From an uncultured Candidatus Saccharibacteria bacterium (GTDB lineage: Bacteria; Patescibacteriota; Minisyncoccia; Minisyncoccales; PWPS01), in contig CAZNIM010000004.1 of assembly GCA_964573145.1 (NCBI GenBank), positions 1 through 37,030 of the forward strand: 37,030 bases of DNA, read 5' to 3'. Numbering within the stretch: the stretch's first letter is position 1; every line of letters begins with the position of its first letter. This document shows positions 32,470 to 37,030 of the stretch, one piece after another. The notes below the pieces were generated by a model, which saw only the letters and a program-made list of their open reading frames with translations, did not search any database and was not told the DNA's origin. The translations under genes were made by a program, and so were the position numbers.

Positions 32470-33019
32470 CCGCCCCTTCTCTCAAAACTTGAATTTCTCC
32501 ATTTAAATAACTAATCAGGGTTGAGGGATCCGACTCCATTTTTCCTTCATCAACATAAAAATCGACTCTTTCTCCAAAATAATCAAAAGCTTTATCGATG
32601 GTCACTGCCGGCTTCTTTCCTTCCGGATTGGCGCTGGGAGCGACTATCGGCCCGACTTCGTCGATAAGATTTCTTAAATCTCTTCTTTCTGGAATCCGAA
32701 AAGCGATTGTCCCCCCTCCGCGATGAATATGTGGATACTTGGAGCACTCCAAAACAACACTTAACTTGGCCGGCCACAAAGCGGATATCTTCCGAGGAAC
32801 TTCAAGCTCGAAAAAGGTTCTCAATTGGCTTTCAGAAGCCACCAGAACGATCATCGGCTTTTTTCTGTCCCTTTCCCTGATATCATATATATCTTCAACT
32901 ATTCGTGGCGAGAGAGCCGTTCCAACCAATCCATAAATCGTATCGGTCGGCAAAACGGCAATCTTATTTCTTTTTAGAAGATCGGTCACCTCTTTCTTTT
33001 TAATTGAATCAAATATCAT
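32447..33019 (-). CDS. tsaC: L-threonylcarbamoyladenylate synthase (TsaC/YrdC family)
   Basis: VLPTDTIYGLVG, RIVEDIYDIRERDRKKPM, and SANPEG in place of the usual SAN..G. 190 aa. The 3' end overlaps the fmt 3' end by 23 nt in convergent orientation. Confidence 0.88.
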   Translation of the reverse strand: MIFDSIKKKEVTDLLKRNKIAVLPTDTIYGLVGTALSPRIVEDIYDIRERDRKKPMIVLVASESQLRTFFELEVPRKISALWPAKLSVVLECSKYPHIHRGGGTIAFRIPERRDLRNLIDEVGPIVAPSANPEGKKPAVTIDKAFDYFGERVDFYVDEGKMESDPSTLISYLNGEIQVLREGAVNPESLR

Positions 33020-33023
33020 CCGA

Positions 33024-33905
33024 TTAAGATCCGAATTTTTCTTTTAGGTATTTTTCGAACTCTTTTCCGATATCTTCTCTCTTCAAGGCGAATTCGACCG
33101 ATGTCTTTAAGTATCTGAGAGGATCACCGGTAGTATGCCAAGTTCCTTCTATCGGCTGACCCAAAATCTTTTTTCCTTCTTGAGCCAAATCGTTAACTAT
33201 ATCCATAACCCACAACTCACCATCCTTTCCGGGTGGAGTCTCTTTGGCTTTTTCAACAACCTCGTAATCAAAAACGAATCTACCGAATTGAGCCATGTTC
33301 GACGGAGCTTTGCTCGCCGGTAATTTTTCATATCCGGCTTCAATTTCATAATTTTTTTCTTCATTTTTATACTTAACCGTCCCGTACCTTTCCACCTCTT
33401 CATCGGGAACTCTTTGGACTCCCAAGACAGCGGTCGGCCTCTCCTTTTCAAAAACCCTGATCAGTTGCTCGGTAACCGGAGTCTCCGATATCGTTAAGTC
33501 GTCACCGAACATATAAACGAAAGCTTCATCATCATCGATAAGCGGAGCGGCGCACAAAATCGGAGTTGCGTTTCCGTAAGGATAATCCTTGTGTTGTCGC
33601 ACATAGGCAAAATTGGCCATTTTCGGAATATTTTTTATCTTCTCCAATCTGTCCAACTTTCCCGATTCTTTCAGTTCGTACTCCAGCTCGGAATTGCTGT
33701 CAAAATGGTCCTCCATCGGCATCTGTCCCGCCCTGGTCACGATTATGATATCTTCAATTCCCGAATTTACCGCCTCTTCAACGAGGTGATGAATAATCGG
33801 CTTGTCGACTATCGGCAGCATCTCTTTGGGTTGATTTTTTGTAGCCGGAAGAAATCTGGTTCCGTAACCGGCGGCGGCAATAACCGCTTTTTTAATTTTT
33901 CTCAT
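33024..33905 (-). CDS. galU: UTP--glucose-1-phosphate uridylyltransferase
   Basis: AVIAAAGYGTRFLPATKNQPKEMLPIVDKPIIHHLVEE is the classic GalU N-terminus. 293 aa. Confidence 0.93.
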   Translation of the reverse strand: MRKIKKAVIAAAGYGTRFLPATKNQPKEMLPIVDKPIIHHLVEEAVNSGIEDIIIVTRAGQMPMEDHFDSNSELEYELKESGKLDRLEKIKNIPKMANFAYVRQHKDYPYGNATPILCAAPLIDDDEAFVYMFGDDLTISETPVTEQLIRVFEKERPTAVLGVQRVPDEEVERYGTVKYKNEEKNYEIEAGYEKLPASKAPSNMAQFGRFVFDYEVVEKAKETPPGKDGELWVMDIVNDLAQEGKKILGQPIEGTWHTTGDPLRYLKTSVEFALKREDIGKEFEKYLKEKFGS

Positions 33906-34533
33906 AATTTTTTATTTCGGGTGTTATAACTCCCAACATTACTTTTAATTTTTTATCCCTTCTGTAGGAGAAGCGATCCCGACTACAGAAAGTGCATTCT
34001 TTTGAAGTCCGAATATTTCTTACACCTTTTGTTTTTAATTTATTTTTTGCGACTTTTTTTAAATTTAAAAAAGATTCTTCTTTCTGTAAAATTGAATCTT
34101 CAAAATCGGAAAACTTATCAACCAACTCTTTCCCTACCCGATAGTGACAAACCCCGATTGCCGGTCCGATGAAAACCGATAAGTTGTCGAGATTCTCCAC
34201 CTCGGAAATTTTATCCAGACCCTCTTCTACAATTCCTTTATCGAGTCCGCGCCATCCGGCATGAAAAATAGCTGTCAAATTATCGGAATAAAAATAAATC
34301 GGCAAACAATCGGCAACCGTCACTCCCAGAGCTATATCATCGGTGGTAAAAACTCCGTCGGCGGTTATCTTTTTATCTTTATCTCCGCGCCCGACTCGAA
34401 CGACTCTTTTACCGTGCTCCAGTTCGGGGATTATTATCTCCCTTATCCCCTTTTTTTCTAAAAATTTCTCTTTATTCTCTTTACTCTTCATCGAGCCATC
34501 GGCAACCGTGGACAGGTATGTTCCTTTAATCAT
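33892..34533 (-). CDS. pgeF: YfiH/PgeF family protein (DUF152, purine nucleoside phosphorylase / peptidoglycan editing factor)
   Basis: TVADCLPIYF, FHAGWRGL and GPAIGVCHY give the conserved His/Cys/His triad context. 213 aa. Confidence 0.85.
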   Translation of the reverse strand: MIKGTYLSTVADGSMKSKENKEKFLEKKGIREIIIPELEHGKRVVRVGRGDKDKKITADGVFTTDDIALGVTVADCLPIYFYSDNLTAIFHAGWRGLDKGIVEEGLDKISEVENLDNLSVFIGPAIGVCHYRVGKELVDKFSDFEDSILQKEESFLNLKKVAKNKLKTKGVRNIRTSKECTFCSRDRFSYRRDKKLKVMLGVITPEIKNYEKN

Positions 34534-35135
34534 AAAAGAAAGATCAAAAAGGTCTCAATTAGAGCGGCAATAAGAAGAAGCGGGAGTACAATTTTAAAAA
34601 ATCCGGTCAGTGCCAATTTGAACTCATCTTTAATCTTGGAGTTAAACTCCATTCTTCTTAAATTTTTCAAGTTCAAAACTCCCCTCTTTGTTTCGTCGTA
34701 ACCGACCTCCCCCAAACCAAATCCGAACCCCGATCCGATAAAGAGAGCCGGCAGCTCAAATATTCCGTGGGGCGCTAAGACTAAAAAGAGCCCCAAAAGT
34801 CCCATTACCGGATAGGCTTGCTGAGCAACGAGACCGATCACGAATCCATTTATCGCTAAAAAAAGAAAAGTAAAGATTCCGAAAAAGATTCCCAAAATCA
34901 TTCCGATAAAAATCTTCACCGTATTGTTTATAAAGATAAAAGAAAATATAAAAAACGGACCCACTTGGGTTAAAAAAGAAAATTCTTCCGCCATTCGGCT
35001 AAAGAAAATCTCCGCTTCCGTACTGCGAAAATGCCCGAAATAAAATCCGGCGATCGAAAACAGAAAAAAGATCAGAGCGGCAGTCCAAGAGTAACCCTTA
35101 ACTTTTTTTGAAATTTCAAAATTATTCGAAGTCAT
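34530..35135 (-). CDS. SpoIIM-like (DUF95) membrane protein
   Basis: Polytopic protein of 201 aa with the family block LAPHGIFELPALFIGSGFG. Confidence 0.75.
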   Translation of the reverse strand: MTSNNFEISKKVKGYSWTAALIFFLFSIAGFYFGHFRSTEAEIFFSRMAEEFSFLTQVGPFFIFSFIFINNTVKIFIGMILGIFFGIFTFLFLAINGFVIGLVAQQAYPVMGLLGLFLVLAPHGIFELPALFIGSGFGFGLGEVGYDETKRGVLNLKNLRRMEFNSKIKDEFKLALTGFFKIVLPLLLIAALIETFLIFLL

Positions 35136-35144
35136 AAGCTCAAT

Positions 35145-36866
35145 TCAATTATCCTTCAATAGTTCGAGGTCGATATCTTTTAGTTCGGCAAGTCTGTCCA
35201 GATTAAATTCGGGGTCGATAATACTTCCCAGATACTGTCCGGAAACAAAATGAGGAAGAAGAACGTAATCGACTCCTTCATCATAAAGCTCAAGAGCCTC
35301 CCGCTTCGTCTCCGCTCGAACTATTACCTTAATCTCCTCTTTTGCTCTTTTCAATCTTCTTATCAGATCAAGGTTGTCTTTAAGATTCGGACTGGTCGAT
35401 ATCACCACCTTCGTTTCAGTCAGATTTATATGATCGAATATATGCGGGTCGGTTATGTCCGAAAAGATATGTTTAACCCCTCTCTTTTTCAGATCATCGA
35501 TAATCAGAGGGTCGAAGTCGATAACCATCAGATCATTGGGGTCGAGATAATTCATCACCCCTTCCCCGGTCCGATGAGCCCCGATTAAAATAATCGGCTT
35601 TGACATATCCACATCGCTCTCTTCGTCCTCAATGGTTATCTCTTTCTCAAAAAAGGAAAGCGGCCGTGATATGTAAGGAAATATCTTTTCAGCGTAGAGA
35701 ATCAAGTAAGTGGAAGCCGTTATCGTCACCACTCCGACTGCGGCAATCAGTGCAAAGACATCCTCGGATATGTGACCCAGGGAAAGTCCCAAGGTGGCAA
35801 AGATCATACTGAACTCCGAAATTTGAGCAACCGTTACCCCGGTCAAAAAATTGGTTCTCTTTTTATAACCGATCGTCTTCATAATAAGCATTACGATTAT
35901 CGGATTTCCTATCAAGACAAAAAGGGAGAATATCAGAATCGGAACTATCAATCCTCCGATATCGGAAACGGCCATCAGAGAACCGAGTATTGCAAAAAAT
36001 ATTAAAATGAAGAAATCTCTGAGTGGCTGTATCTTGCTCGCTATGTGGTATTTTTGAGAAGAGTTGGCTAAAGCGACTCCGCCGAGAAAACCAGCTATCT
36101 CAATCGAAAATCCAGCCATCTTAACCACTACCGCAAAAAATAGAAGCCAAGCCAAGCTAACTAAAAATAGAAGCTCTTGAGAATGAGCTATCTTTCTAAA
36201 GATGTAAGGAAAGACGGTTCTTCCCAAAGCCATCATTACCCCGAAAAGAACAACTCCTCCAAAAATTATGCCGGCTACCGAGCCGATTCCGACATCGGCT
36301 CCCGCTCCCAAAGCATTCAAAGATATCAAAATCAATATGACCACTATATCCTGAACCAGAAGCAGTCCGATTGCCGCCCTGCCGTGTAGGCTGTTAAGAG
36401 ATCCTTTATCGGAGAGAAGCTTAACTATTATAACGGTGGAAGAAAAAGTCAAAGCGATAGCGATATATCCGGCGTAAACAAGCTGAAATCCAAAAATTAA
36501 ATGAGCTATCAAGAATCCACCGACGGCCGTAAAAAGGACCTGACCCAGCCCGATCGCCAACGAAGTTTTACCGACCTTCTTAATCGATCTGTAATCCATC
36601 TCCAGGCCGACTAAAAAGAGAAGAAACATCACTCCCAAATTGGAGAAAAACTCAAGCGCCTCTCTCTCGGCCAAATCAAAAAATCCGAGAGCTCCGATAA
36701 TCAATCCGGTAATCAGATAAGCCAAAATCAAGGGTTGCTTGAATTTTTTTAAAACCACTCCCAAAAAGGCGGCCAAAACCAAGATAGCCGCTAATTCGAC
36801 CAAAAGTGGGTCAGAAACAAAAATAGAACTATTAAAAAATTCTCTTATCGTAGTTAATAGATTCAT
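35145..36866 (-). CDS. CPA2-family cation:proton antiporter with a C-terminal RCK/TrkA-N domain (Kef-type)
   Basis: About 12 TM helices with Kef-like blocks (LGVMFLLFLVGLE, EFSMIFATLG). The C-terminal Rossmann-like region is PIILIGAHRTGEGV. ATG at 36866 is preferred over the GTG at 36869. Confidence 0.88.
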   Translation of the reverse strand: MNLLTTIREFFNSSIFVSDPLLVELAAILVLAAFLGVVLKKFKQPLILAYLITGLIIGALGFFDLAEREALEFFSNLGVMFLLFLVGLEMDYRSIKKVGKTSLAIGLGQVLFTAVGGFLIAHLIFGFQLVYAGYIAIALTFSSTVIIVKLLSDKGSLNSLHGRAAIGLLLVQDIVVILILISLNALGAGADVGIGSVAGIIFGGVVLFGVMMALGRTVFPYIFRKIAHSQELLFLVSLAWLLFFAVVVKMAGFSIEIAGFLGGVALANSSQKYHIASKIQPLRDFFILIFFAILGSLMAVSDIGGLIVPILIFSLFVLIGNPIIVMLIMKTIGYKKRTNFLTGVTVAQISEFSMIFATLGLSLGHISEDVFALIAAVGVVTITASTYLILYAEKIFPYISRPLSFFEKEITIEDEESDVDMSKPIILIGAHRTGEGVMNYLDPNDLMVIDFDPLIIDDLKKRGVKHIFSDITDPHIFDHINLTETKVVISTSPNLKDNLDLIRRLKRAKEEIKVIVRAETKREALELYDEGVDYVLLPHFVSGQYLGSIIDPEFNLDRLAELKDIDLELLKDN

Positions 36867-36868
36867 CA

Positions 36869-37030
36869 CTAATTATTTTTAAAAAGATGAACCGTTCTGG
36901 TCGGGAAAGCCATCTCTATCTTTTCTTCTTTGAACCGCTTTTTAATCTCCAAAAGAACTTCCTGATGAATATTTCTGAAGTCGATAAAAGTGGAAGATAA
37001 AACGTAATAAGAAACTTCGAATTCGAGAGC
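36869..37030 (-). CDS. C-terminal fragment of an MscS-family mechanosensitive channel (partial, runs off the window)
   Basis: Hand translation of the minus strand gives ALEFEVSYYVLSSTFIDFRNIHQEVLLEIKKRFKEEKIEMAFPTRTVHLFKNN, ending at TAG (36871-36869). This is the typical MscS C-terminal beta domain (..FP.RTVHL). It falls below the ORF-track cutoff. Confidence 0.6.
   Translation of the reverse strand, partial: ALEFEVSYYVLSSTFIDFRNIHQEVLLEIKKRFKEEKIEMAFPTRTVHLFKNN

Overview
This is an AT-rich, very gene-dense bacterial chromosomal segment that uses the standard genetic code; TGA clearly acts as a stop at several gene boundaries. Genes often overlap by 4-26 nt, and the largest non-coding gap is 269 bp. 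Most of the content is housekeeping.

Plus strand, 53-13892:
- A putative M50B-like membrane protease.
- An operon of a cap-less HAD-like hydrolase, a small membrane protein, an ABC ATPase and a large exporter permease.
- The hrcA-grpE-dnaK-dnaJ heat-shock operon, with a CIRCE operator overlapping its promoter.
- tRNA-Lys(UUU), then a MiaB/MtaB-family methylthiotransferase and two unassigned ORFs.
- ctpA-rplI-pyrG.

Minus strand, 13875-29575:
- rpmA and a Xer-type tyrosine recombinase.
- A fragmented cell-wall/division cluster: murC ... dac-like, mraY, murD, ftsW, murG.
- Interleaved with that cluster: gltX, aspS, tig, a CheY-like receiver, yjbQ, a polyprenyl synthase and thpR.

Remainder:
- A plus-strand operon at 29754-32469: a LigB/Memo-like protein, a 94-aa orphan, a protein carrying only an integrase core-binding domain, and fmt.
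- A minus-strand block at 32447-37030: tsaC, galU, pgeF, a SpoIIM-like protein, a CPA2 antiporter and a partial MscS.

Several proteins are shortened: HrcA is 247 aa, GrpE is 159 aa, and AspRS lacks the GAD insertion. Together with the dense packing, this suggests a reduced genome of the CPR/Patescibacteria type; that is inference only.

I see no rRNA, no CRISPR array, no clear mobile element and no recognisable defence system. The best candidates for something undescribed are:
- the 94-aa ORF plus the core-binding-domain-only protein at 30511-31546;
- the 307-aa plus 51-aa pair at 9540-10620;
- the HAD/membrane/ABC operon at the left end.

All family calls come from motif recognition by eye. 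No searches were run.
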